NCBI GenBank assembly: GCA_038209745.1
Contig: JBBQXJ010000055.1
Span: forward strand, 1-32,469
Direction of reading: 5' to 3'
Origin: Verrucomicrobiota bacterium
GTDB taxonomy: Bacteria > Verrucomicrobiota > Verrucomicrobiia > Limisphaerales > CANJSG01
Length of the DNA: 32,469 nucleotides
A program made the translations under genes and the position numbers. Below the pieces are notes generated by a model. It was not told the DNA's origin. It did no database searches and worked only from the letters and a program-made list of their open reading frames with translations. Of this stretch, positions 7,957-16,881 are shown piece by piece; position 1 is the stretch's first letter, and each line of letters starts with the position of its first letter.

Positions 7957-9000
7957 ATGAGCGCACCCATTCAATATCGTTTCTCCTTCGGCCCATGGAA
8001 CATCAGCGAAGGAGCCGATCCTTTCGGTCCCGAAACCCGCAGACTGTTCGACCACGAAACCAAGTTCGCCCTCTACCGCCCGCTTGGCTTCGAAGGCGTG
8101 CAGTTCCATGACGACGATGTCGTGCCGGGCCTCGACCAGATGTCCGCCGCCCAGATCCTCGAAAAGGCCGGAACCGTCCGGGCCATGTTGGGGAACCACG
8201 GACTCATCCCCGAGTTCGTCGCGCCACGCCTTTGGTTCGCGCCCCAGACCGTCGATGGCGGCTACACCTCCAACTCCGCCAGCGACCGCCAATACGCCCT
8301 CGACCGGACCCTGCGCTCCATCGACATCGCCCGCGCCATCGGGAGCAAGGCCATCGTTTTGTGGCTCGCCCGCGAAGGCACCTACCTCCGCGAAGCCAAG
8401 AACGCCGTCACCGCCTACCAGCGCCTCCTCGAAGCCATCAACCGGATGCTCGCCCATGATCCGGAGATCGAGATCTGGATCGAGCCCAAGCCCAACGAAC
8501 CGACCGACCAGGCCTACGTGCCGACCATCGGCCACGCCCTGACGCTCGCCTACGCGTCGAACGATCCCAAGCGGGTCAAGGGATTGATCGAGACGGCCCA
8601 TGCGCTTCTCGCCGGCTTGGATCCTTCGGACGAAATGGCCTTCGCCCTCGCCCACGGCAAGCTGGCCAGCGTCCATCTCAACGACCAGAACGGCCTGAAA
8701 TACGACCAGGACAAAAACTTCGGCGCCGCCAATCTGCGTGTCGCCTTCAACCAGGTCCGGGTGCTGGAGGAGAACGGCTACGGCAAGAACGGCGAATTCG
8801 TCGGCCTCGATGTGAAGGCCATGCGGATCCAAACCGGCAGTCCCGTCACCAGCCACTTGGCGAACAGCCGAGAGATCTTCCTCCATCTGGTCGAGAAGGT
8901 CCGGACCTTGAACCGGGACACCGAGCGCGCCTTCATCGCCGACCGGGACTACGAAGGGCTTGAACTCTTCATCCTGAAGCATCTCATGGGCGTCCGCTAA
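7957..9000 (+). CDS. Xylose isomerase family (class I-like) sugar isomerase, substrate uncertain
   Basis: RFSFGPW...DPFG, FHDDD, WLAREG, IEPKPNEP, ExxH and KYDQD motifs match Streptomyces-type xylose isomerases. ATG at 7957 preferred over GTG at 7930. Confidence 0.85.
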   Translation: MSAPIQYRFSFGPWNISEGADPFGPETRRLFDHETKFALYRPLGFEGVQFHDDDVVPGLDQMSAAQILEKAGTVRAMLGNHGLIPEFVAPRLWFAPQTVDGGYTSNSASDRQYALDRTLRSIDIARAIGSKAIVLWLAREGTYLREAKNAVTAYQRLLEAINRMLAHDPEIEIWIEPKPNEPTDQAYVPTIGHALTLAYASNDPKRVKGLIETAHALLAGLDPSDEMAFALAHGKLASVHLNDQNGLKYDQDKNFGAANLRVAFNQVRVLEENGYGKNGEFVGLDVKAMRIQTGSPVTSHLANSREIFLHLVEKVRTLNRDTERAFIADRDYEGLELFILKHLMGVR

Positions 9001-9040
9001 AATGACCTGCGTGAAACGTGCATCGACCTTGGCAAAGCTT

Positions 9041-9128
9041 TTGGACTGCGGTGGCTCGACACCGCTTTGGTGCGGCGTTTTGGGTCGGATCGGCCACACC
9101 AAAGCGCCGTCCAGCCGGCGCACTCCAA
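9041..9128. repeat. REP-like inverted pair of 30-bp palindromes
   Basis: 9041-9070 TTGGACTGCGGTGGCTCGACACCGCTTTGG versus the reverse complement of 9099-9128, TTGGAGTGCGCCGGCTGGACGGCGCTTTGG. Confidence 0.85.
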
Positions 9129-9185
9129 GGCGTTCCTTGACAGTTCGTCCACCCTCCTGCTTTTCCATTCTTTGAACCGCCCCAC

Positions 9186-10019
9186 ATGAAAGCCTTTCGT
9201 CTCAACCGCCTGTTCAACGCCAAGTCCGGCCGCTGCTTCGATGTCGCCGTGGACCACGGCTTCTTCAACCAGCCCGGCTTCCTCACCGGCATCGAGGACA
9301 TCCGCAAGACCGTCGCCACGCTCGTCGCCGCCGGGCCCGACGCGATCCAGCTCACCACCGGGCAGGCGCGGCATTTGCAGAATGTTCCCGGCCACATCAA
9401 GCCGCGCCTCGTCCTCCGTGTGGATGTCGCCAACGTCTATGGCAAGGAACTGCCGGACGCGCGCTACAGCGCCATGCTGGACGAAGCCATGCTCCAGGCG
9501 GTCCGCCTCGATGCCGCCTGCGTCTGCGTGAATCTCTTCCAGATTCCCGGAGCGCCCGAGGTCACGGAGCAGTGCATCGACAACATCCTTCGCCTGAAAG
9601 TGCAGAGCGACCACTACGCCATGCCGATGATGGTCGAGCCGCTCGTCTTCCGGCCCAATTCCGAGGCCGGCGGCTACATGGTCGACGGCGACGAAACCAA
9701 GATCGTCCACCTCGCCCGGCAAGCCGTGGAACTCGGCGCCGACATCCTCAAGGCCGACCCGACCGACGATGTTTCGCGCTACCACAAGATCATCGAAGCC
9801 GCCGGTGGAATCCCCGTGCTGGTGCGTGGCGGCGGCAAGGTCAGCGACCGCGAAATCCTTGTCCGCACCCAGGGCCTGCTGGGACAGGGCGTGAGCGGCA
9901 TTGTCTATGGCCGCAACATCATCCAGCACGCGAACCCGGCCGGCATCGTCCGCGCCCTCATGGCCATGGTCCACGACGGTGCCAGTGTGGAAGACGCGTT
10001 GAAGATGATCGCGGGCTGA
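9186..10019 (+). CDS. Class I aldolase, DhnA/LsrF/FbaB family
   Basis: RLNRLF, VDHG, AVELGADILKAD (Schiff-base Lys), RGGGK and GIVYGRNIIQH. Confidence 0.9.
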   Translation: MKAFRLNRLFNAKSGRCFDVAVDHGFFNQPGFLTGIEDIRKTVATLVAAGPDAIQLTTGQARHLQNVPGHIKPRLVLRVDVANVYGKELPDARYSAMLDEAMLQAVRLDAACVCVNLFQIPGAPEVTEQCIDNILRLKVQSDHYAMPMMVEPLVFRPNSEAGGYMVDGDETKIVHLARQAVELGADILKADPTDDVSRYHKIIEAAGGIPVLVRGGGKVSDREILVRTQGLLGQGVSGIVYGRNIIQHANPAGIVRALMAMVHDGASVEDALKMIAG

Positions 10020-10022
10020 GGG

Positions 10023-10510
10023 TTCAACCACAGATGGACACAGATGGACACAGATCCAGCAGGACAGGCTTCCAGTCTGTTCCGAAGTCTGTGCGCGTCC
10101 AACTCCTGGCGCCGGCCGGAGGAGCGCGGACGGTCACGTCCGCGAGTCATCCGAACGACGTGGATCCACCGGGGGAGGGGCTCCTTCTAAATGGATCGAC
10201 TCTTTCCGGCTGTCACCTTCCGATCATCTACCCCGAAGGGTTGGCAGAAGGTAGCCTGGGGTCGAGTTGCGCACAGCGCGACGACACCCCCGGCAGGTGC
10301 CTGATGGGAGATCGACCCCGGCGGGGTAGCAGGCCGCCGGGATATCGGGACGGTTCTAGCACCCCTTCACGGCGCGTTCTGCTGGAGGCGCATTTCCGGA
10401 GGTATCGCGGCGCTCAACCTCCGGCTAACGTCTGCCAGTCCTTTGGGCTGAGGGCATGGAGCATTCGTGCGTTTTTTTCTTCTGCGTTTTCCGCGTCTTC
10501 TGCGGTTAAA
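10023..10510. repeat. Composite spacer of several REP/MITE-like repeat units
   Basis: 10-bp tandem CACAGATGGA (10026-10055); hairpin GGACAGGCTTCCAGTCTGTTCC (10062-10083); 36-bp imperfect inverted repeat 10231-10266/10413-10448; 9-bp periodic CGC(A/G)GAA(G/A)A on the minus strand (10478-10510). Confidence 0.75.
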
Positions 10511-10536
10511 GCATCCTGCGCCTGAAACCTGAACCG

Positions 10537-11910
10537 ATGCCCAGCTTCCCCGAATCCCTCGCCGCCATCGTCGGCGCCAAGAACGTTCTGACCGAGCCGG
10601 AGGATCTGATTCCCTACGGCTTCGACGGCACGGCCGCGCTCAAGGGCAAGGCCAGCGTCGTCGCCTTCCCTCAGAACACCGAGCAGGTCGCCGCCTGCGT
10701 GAAGCTCGCGGCGGAGCAGGGGAAACCCATCGTCACGCGCGGGTCCGGCACCGGGCTCAGTGGTGGCAGCGTGCCTTCGCCCGACGCTGTCGTGCTCTGT
10801 CTGGTGAACCTCGATCGGATCATCGAGATCGACCCCGCCAATCTCACCGCCCGCGTCCAGTCCGGCGTCATCACCCAGAAGATCGACGAAGCCGCCTCCA
10901 AGCATGGGCTCTTCTATCCGCCCGATCCGGGTTCGATGAAGATCAGCACCATCGGCGGGAACGTGGCCGAGAATTCCGGCGGATTGCGCGGCCTGAAATA
11001 CGGCGTCACCCGCGACTACGTCATGGGTTTGGAAGTGGTCCTGCCCGACGCCCGGATCGTCCGCCTCGGCAACGCCTGTGTGAAAGATGTCGCGGGCTAT
11101 TCGATGAAGGATCTCTTCATCGGTTCCGAAGGTACTCTCGGCATCATCACCGAAGTGCTGCTCAAGTTGCTGCCCCGCCCCAAGGCCCGCCGCACCATGC
11201 TGGCCGTTTATGACCGGATGGAGGATGCCGCCCACACCGTCTCGGCCATCATCGCGGCCCAGATCATTCCCTGCACGTTGGAGTTCCTCGACCAGATGAC
11301 CATCCGCTGCGTGGAAGACTTCGCGAAGATCGGGCTGCCGACCGATTGTTCGGCTCTTCTCCTGATGGAAACGGATGGCCATCCCGCCGCCGTGGCCGAC
11401 GAAGCCGCCCGCATGGTCGAGATCGCGCAGGCCAATGGCGCCCGCAGCGTCGTCACCGCCCAGGACGAAGCCGAGGCGCTCAAGCTGGCCAGCGCCCGCC
11501 GCAGCGCCTTTTCCGCCTTGGCCCGGATGCGGCCGACCACGATCCTGGAAGACGTCACCGTGCCGCGCAGCAAGCTGGCCGAAATGGTCTCCTACATCGC
11601 CCAAGTCGCAGTGGAACATCGGCTGCTCGTCGGCACCTTCGGCCACATGGGCGACGGCAACCTTCATCCCACCTTTCTTACGGACGAACGCGACGAGGAC
11701 GAAATGAAGCGCGTCCATCACGCGCTCGACGCCATCGTGGAAAAGACGCTGGCCTTGGGCGGCACGATCACCGGCGAACACGGCGTCGGCTTGGCCAAGA
11801 AGCCTTGGCTCCGGCGCCAGCTCGGCGACGCCAGCTACGAATTGATGCGGCAGCTGAAACAGACGCTGGATCCAAAGCGGCTGCTGAATCCGGGCAAGAT
11901 GTTTGACTGA
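10537..11910 (+). CDS. glcD: FAD-linked 2-hydroxyacid oxidase subunit, GlcD-like (glycolate/D-lactate)
   Basis: RGSGTGLSGG, YPPDPGS, TIGGNVAENSGGLRGLKYGVTRDYV, GHMGDGNLHP and GEHGVG. Confidence 0.85.
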   Translation: MPSFPESLAAIVGAKNVLTEPEDLIPYGFDGTAALKGKASVVAFPQNTEQVAACVKLAAEQGKPIVTRGSGTGLSGGSVPSPDAVVLCLVNLDRIIEIDPANLTARVQSGVITQKIDEAASKHGLFYPPDPGSMKISTIGGNVAENSGGLRGLKYGVTRDYVMGLEVVLPDARIVRLGNACVKDVAGYSMKDLFIGSEGTLGIITEVLLKLLPRPKARRTMLAVYDRMEDAAHTVSAIIAAQIIPCTLEFLDQMTIRCVEDFAKIGLPTDCSALLLMETDGHPAAVADEAARMVEIAQANGARSVVTAQDEAEALKLASARRSAFSALARMRPTTILEDVTVPRSKLAEMVSYIAQVAVEHRLLVGTFGHMGDGNLHPTFLTDERDEDEMKRVHHALDAIVEKTLALGGTITGEHGVGLAKKPWLRRQLGDASYELMRQLKQTLDPKRLLNPGKMFD

Positions 11911-11915
11911 TTCGT

Positions 11916-13211
11916 ATGGCCGCGACGCTCAAAGACCTCGACTACCGCGTGCTCCAACAGTGCATGCACTGCGGCCTGTGCCTGCCGGCGTGCCCGACCT
12001 ACGACACCACGAAGCGCGAACGGAACAGCCCGCGCGGTCGCATCGCCCTGATGCGGGCGGTGGCCGATGGCGACGTCGGTATCACCAAGTCCTTCGCGGA
12101 GGAGATGAGCTATTGCCTCGGCTGCTTGGCCTGCCAGACGGCGTGTCCGGCCGGAGTGAACTACGCCGGACTTTTCGAGACCGCCCGGGCCGACATCGAG
12201 CAGAGCGGAATCAACCGGGCGCCGCAGCGAAACTTCTGGCGCACGCTGACATTGAGGGGGCTCTTCATGCACCCGCGTTTGCTCCGGTTGGCGGGACTGG
12301 GTTTGCGGATCTATCAGCGAACCGGGTTGGACCGGTTGGTGAGAAGGCTTGGGCTGACGCGGCTGCTTCCTGCGGATCTGCGTCGCATGGAACCGCAGAC
12401 GCCCCGCATGGCGGCACAGTTTTCAGACAAGGTCATCCAGCCCAACGAAGCGCCGGCGCAGCCGCGCTACAAGGTCGCGATGCTGACCGGCTGTATGCAG
12501 GACCTGATGTTCTCGGACATCAACCGCGACACGGTGGACGTGCTTTTGGCCAACGGCTGCCAAGTCCATACGCCACCTGTGCAGCCCTGCTGCGGTTCGC
12601 TCCACGCCCACAACGGGGAACGCGAACTGGCCCGTGAGCTGGCCCGTCGCGCGCTCGATCTGCTGCCGCCGGAGAGCTTCGACGCCATCATCACGAACGC
12701 CGGTGGCTGCGGGTCGCATCTCCGGCACTACGCGACGTTGCTCGCGGACGATGCGGCCTATGTCGCCAGGGCCAAGGTCTGGGACGCGAAGGTCCGGGAC
12801 ATCCACGAGTGGTTGGCGCAGATCGGTTGCCGCGCGCCATTGGGCTCGCCGTTCGAAGAGCCGACCACGATCACCTACCACGACTCCTGCCATTTGGCCC
12901 ACGGGCAGAAGGTCGTGCTGCAACCGCGCCAGTTGTTGCGGTTGTTGCCGGGGGTGACGCTGGCGGAACTGCCGGAGAGCAACTGGTGCTGCGGCAGTGC
13001 CGGCGTCTACACGATCACCCAGCCCGAGCAGGCGGCGGACTTGCTGAAGCGCAAGATCGGCCACGTGCTTTCGACCAAAGCCACGCTTCTGGCCACGGCC
13101 AATCCCGGCTGCCATCTCCAAATCCTCAATGGCCTAAGGGACGTGGATTCGCCCATCGAGGTGGTGCATCCGGTGTCTCTGCTGGCGCGCGCGTATCGGC
13201 GGGAACAGTAG
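11916..13211 (+). CDS. glcF: Fe-S subunit of 2-hydroxyacid oxidase, GlcF-like
   Basis: Two CxxCxxCxxxCP ferredoxin motifs, SPRGRIALM, two CCG domains, YHDSCHLAHGQ and ANPGC. Confidence 0.88.
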   Translation: MAATLKDLDYRVLQQCMHCGLCLPACPTYDTTKRERNSPRGRIALMRAVADGDVGITKSFAEEMSYCLGCLACQTACPAGVNYAGLFETARADIEQSGINRAPQRNFWRTLTLRGLFMHPRLLRLAGLGLRIYQRTGLDRLVRRLGLTRLLPADLRRMEPQTPRMAAQFSDKVIQPNEAPAQPRYKVAMLTGCMQDLMFSDINRDTVDVLLANGCQVHTPPVQPCCGSLHAHNGERELARELARRALDLLPPESFDAIITNAGGCGSHLRHYATLLADDAAYVARAKVWDAKVRDIHEWLAQIGCRAPLGSPFEEPTTITYHDSCHLAHGQKVVLQPRQLLRLLPGVTLAELPESNWCCGSAGVYTITQPEQAADLLKRKIGHVLSTKATLLATANPGCHLQILNGLRDVDSPIEVVHPVSLLARAYRREQ

Positions 13212-13226
13212 GAAGGACATGGCCGG

Positions 13227-13353
13227 TTTAACCACAGATGGACACAGAGGTTGGGAACAGAATCCCGGCCTCTTTTCCTTGCGATTGAGCCGTTGCGGGA
13301 CGGTCGTTCGGTTTGTTTTGAGGCTGGATTCCCATCTGTGTCCATCGGTGGTT
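13227..13353. repeat. Long intergenic inverted repeat of the AACCACAGATGGACACAGA family
   Basis: 13230-13248 AACCACAGATGGACACAGA pairs with 13335-13353 (reverse complement AACCACCGATGGACACAGA); inner stem GAATCCCGGCCTC/GAGGCTGGATTC. Same motif as 10026-10055. Confidence 0.85.
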
Positions 13354-13391
13354 GTTCGTTGGGCTAATCGTGAATTGGTGCTCCTAGTATT

Positions 13392-14516
13392 ATGAAAGAA
13401 CTCAAAATCGGTCTCATCGGCGGCGGTCTCATGGGCCGGGAACTGGCGGCGGCGATAGGGCGTTGGTGCGCGCTCGTCGACTGCCCGGTGAATCTAAAAC
13501 TGACCGCCGTCTGCGACGTGCAACCCGTCGTGCGGGACTGGTTCAAGCGCATCCCGACGGTCGAACTGTTGACTGGAGACCATCACGAATTGCTGAAGAG
13601 CGATGTGGACGTCGTCTACGTGGCCGTGCCGCATCATCTCCACGAAGGGATCTACCTGGACGTGTTGCGGGCGGGGAAAGACCTCTTCGCCGAGAAGCCG
13701 TTCGGCATCGACCTGGGAGCGGCCCAACGCATCCGGGACGAAGCGGCGAAGCTGGGACGGTTCGTGCGTTGTTCCAGCGAATTTCCCTTTCTGCCGGGCG
13801 TGCAAAAGGCGTGGAAGTTTCTCCGGTCGGCCAAGCTGGGGCACGTGCTGGAGATCCGCAGCGGGTTCTGGCACGCGAGCGACTTGGATCCGACGAAGCC
13901 GGCGAACTGGAAACGCATGACGCAGTTCTGCGGGCAGATCGGCGTCATGGGTGATCTGGGCATGCACGCCTGCCATGTGCCGTTCCGCCTCGGCTACCGC
14001 CCTAAGCGCGTCTTCGCCCAGCTCCAGAAGATCTACACCGAGCGGCCCGACGGGAAGGGTGGCATGGCGGCCTGCGACACCTGGGACAACGCCATGCTGC
14101 ATTGTGAGACGGAGATCGACGGCCGGCCGGTGCCGATGCGGATCGAGACCAAGCGGCTGGCGCCCGGCGAGATGAACACGTGGTTCCTGGAAGTGCTCGG
14201 GACCGAGCGCGGCGTCCGCTATTCGACGAAGGAACCCAAGACCTTCTGGCAATTCGAGCGCCGCAAGGAACAGGTCTGGGAACGCTACGACGTGGGCCAT
14301 TCCGAAGGCGGATTCCCGGTCGTCACCGGCGGCATCTTCGAAGCGGGCTTCAGCGACTGTTTCCTCCAGATGTGGGCGGCGTTCGCGGCGGAGCGGGAAG
14401 GATTGCTGGGCGATCGTTTCGGCTGTGTGACGCCGGACGAGGCCGTGGCGAGCCACGAGTTGTTCGCCGCCGCGTTGCAATCGCACGCTGAAGGACGGGC
14501 TGTCCGTCTTGACTGA
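13392..14516 (+). CDS. Gfo/Idh/MocA family NAD(P)-dependent oxidoreductase
   Basis: IGLIGGGLMG Rossmann motif, VYVAVPHHLH, AEKPF and GVMGDLGMH. Confidence 0.92.
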   Translation: MKELKIGLIGGGLMGRELAAAIGRWCALVDCPVNLKLTAVCDVQPVVRDWFKRIPTVELLTGDHHELLKSDVDVVYVAVPHHLHEGIYLDVLRAGKDLFAEKPFGIDLGAAQRIRDEAAKLGRFVRCSSEFPFLPGVQKAWKFLRSAKLGHVLEIRSGFWHASDLDPTKPANWKRMTQFCGQIGVMGDLGMHACHVPFRLGYRPKRVFAQLQKIYTERPDGKGGMAACDTWDNAMLHCETEIDGRPVPMRIETKRLAPGEMNTWFLEVLGTERGVRYSTKEPKTFWQFERRKEQVWERYDVGHSEGGFPVVTGGIFEAGFSDCFLQMWAAFAAEREGLLGDRFGCVTPDEAVASHELFAAALQSHAEGRAVRLD

Positions 14517-14524
14517 CCGAGGGA

Positions 14525-15795
14525 TCAAAGCGACGCCGGTGTGGCCGTCTGAAGTCTCTCGCACACCGACGAAACGGCGTGATGGAAGGTCGCGATCTCG
14601 TAGGGTTTCTGGATGAAGTCGATGAAGCCGTCCTCGTCCCGGCAGCCTTGGATGGTTTCGCGTTCGTAGCCGCGGGTGAGGAGGGCTTCTAGGTCCGGGC
14701 GGATTTGACGGAGGCGGGCTTGGGTCTCGATGCCGGAGATGCCGGGCAGGGTGAGGTCGAGGACGGCAAAGGTGATTTCGGCGCCGTGGTGGTTGAAGAC
14801 CTCGACCGCCGATTCGCCGGTCGGCGCTGCGACGACTTTCAGGCCGATTTCTCCGAGAAGTTTTTGCACGAGCATCCGGATGCCGTCCTCATCTTCGACA
14901 AGGAGGACCGTGCCGGTGCACGGATTTGCTGGACGGGTGGATCTTTTTTTTCGGCGAGTGGGCCGTCGTGCTGCACGGAGTCTGGTGGTGACGGCGGCGC
15001 CGGGAGCAGCACGCGCACGGTGGTGCCGTTTTCGGGGACGCTGTCGACAAAGAGAGCTCCGTTGTGTGCCCGGACGATTCCCATGGTTGCGGCCATGCTG
15101 AGACCACGCCCGACAAACGTGGTGGAGAAGAACGGATCGAACATCCGCTGCCGCACTTCATCGAGCGTGCCAGCGACATCGTCCTTGACCTCGAGGGCCA
15201 TGAATCGCCCCGGCGTCACAGGTTGGTCGGTGCGATTGCCGGCCAAGGAGGATGGGTCGAATTCGCCGTCCCCGACGGAGACCCGGATCGTGCCGCCTCG
15301 ATTTTGAATGGCCTCAGCGGCATTGATCAACAGGCTCTTCAGCACCTGGGTGAGCTGGGATGGATCCACCGGAAAATCTGGAAGATCGGAGTTGATCCGC
15401 AGATCGCCGCAGACATTGCGGGTCAACGAAGACTGGACCTGTCGGAGGGTCTCGTTGACGAAGTTGTCGAGATTGACCGGCTCGGTGACGAACGGTCTGC
15501 GGCCCGAATAGGCGAGCATCAGCCGGGTCAGTTCCGCTGAGGGCTCGCGGATCTCTTAGTGGCGCAGGGAGCTGTCCTTTTGGCGGTTGAACATTTCATG
15601 CTCCAACATTTCGCCGTTTCGGAGTCTGACCAGGTTCCGTTCGATTGTTCCCGGTGGATCGTTGCTGAACCGTGCAAAATGGACTTCGATCAGTTCTTCA
15701 CGACAGAATCCCATCGAGCGACAGAAGGCCGGATTGAGGTCGCGAATCGAGCCGTTGAGATCAAGAAGGATGACGCTCGATTTAAAAAGTTTTAA
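14525..15795 (-). pseudogene. Decayed hybrid sensor kinase (PAS - HisKA/HATPase - receiver)
   Basis: PAS remnant (VILLDLNGSIRDLNPAFCRSMGFCREELI) is in frame with the kinase but separated by TAA at 15556-15558. No H-box before AELTRLMLAYSG; degenerate G1 box (VKDDVAGT); frameshift near 14920-14951 before the receiver (GTVLLVEDE...LDLTLPG...FIQKPY). The 5' limit is approximate. Confidence 0.85.
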
Positions 15796-16122
15796 AAGGT
15801 TCTAGTGGAGGGGCTTCTCGACGGATTTGTGGGAAGACGTCGAGGCCGTCCGGCTGGAGGAATCTTCCGGATTTCGAGTCGGCGAAGTTGGATGGTCTCG
15901 ATTGTCCACGGTTCTTTCAGTTCACCCCATCGGGAGCGGCCGTCCGCAACAGCCTGCGACTGGCCGAGGGACCGCAACGTCAACGGGAAATGCAAACTTC
16001 GTTTATGGGACGGCGGCGGAACCGGGAATTGATTCCTCGCACGGGCTGGTCACAAGGTAGGAGGCGTAGCCGCAGCTGGAACTGGATTGCACCGGGTCCC
16101 GCCAATCCGGCTAACCCTGCCC

Positions 16123-16881
16123 GTGAACAAGAGCGAAACAGTTGAGCACAGCAGCCACCGGATCGAGCTGGACCTCCAGGCCCAGCCCGATGATACGACT
16201 TGCGGACCGACGTGCCTTCACGCGGTCTATCGGCATCTGGGAGACGACATTTCCCTCGGGGAAGTCATCCGGAGGGTCCCGCGACTGAAAGGCGGAGGCA
16301 CGCTGGGAGTGTTGTTGGGACGGGCCGCGTTGAAACGTGGCTACAAGGTGACGATCTACAGCTACAACCTTCAGATCTTTGATCCAACCTGGTCGAGTCT
16401 CTCTTCCGAGGATTTGCGGGAGCGGTTGAAAGCACAGGCTCGAGCCAAGCGTTCCGCCAAGCTCAAAGAGGCTTCCCGGGCCTATGTGTCGTTTCTCAAG
16501 ATGGGCGGCCAGATCAAGTTCGAGCTGCTGAGCGGCGCCTTGATCCGCCGGCTGCTGAACCGGAACCTCCCGGTCATCGCAGGATTGTCCTCGACGTATC
16601 TCTACGGGTGCGCCCGGGAATTCGGTCCGAACGACGATTCGGACGATATCCGGGGAAATCCCGCCGGGCACTTCGTCGTGCTTTGCGGCTACGACCGGAA
16701 AGAGCGGGAAGTCGTCGTGGCGGATCCGCTCCACACCAACCCCCACTCCCCGGCGCGGAAGTATTCGATTGGCATCGACCGCGTGATCTCCTCCATCCTC
16801 CTCGGAGTCCTCACCTACGACGCCAATCTGATGATCATTGAAAAAGTGGACGGATCGGCCAACGAAGAATCTCATGCCTAG
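16123..16881 (+). CDS. C39-like (papain-fold) cysteine peptidase
   Basis: QPDDTTCGPTCL (Q-x5-C), GHFVVLCGYD (His) and VVVADP (Asp). Start uncertain: GTG 16123 or TTG 16087. Confidence 0.82.
   Translation: MNKSETVEHSSHRIELDLQAQPDDTTCGPTCLHAVYRHLGDDISLGEVIRRVPRLKGGGTLGVLLGRAALKRGYKVTIYSYNLQIFDPTWSSLSSEDLRERLKAQARAKRSAKLKEASRAYVSFLKMGGQIKFELLSGALIRRLLNRNLPVIAGLSSTYLYGCAREFGPNDDSDDIRGNPAGHFVVLCGYDRKEREVVVADPLHTNPHSPARKYSIGIDRVISSILLGVLTYDANLMIIEKVDGSANEESHA

Noticed and set aside
7957..9000. Assigning the symbol xylA
   Set aside because: Active-site deviations and no adjacent xylulokinase make the substrate uncertain.
10026..13353. Recurring CACAGATGGA units as CRISPR repeats
   Set aside because: Only 10-bp units, tandem or inverted, no unique spacers and no cas genes in the window.
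15805..16145. Small ORFs as a RiPP (graspetide) precursor for the ATP-grasp/C39 pair
   Set aside because: No double-glycine leader or repeated TxxxxD/E core, and the ligase is RLAN/RimK-type rather than MvdC/D-type.
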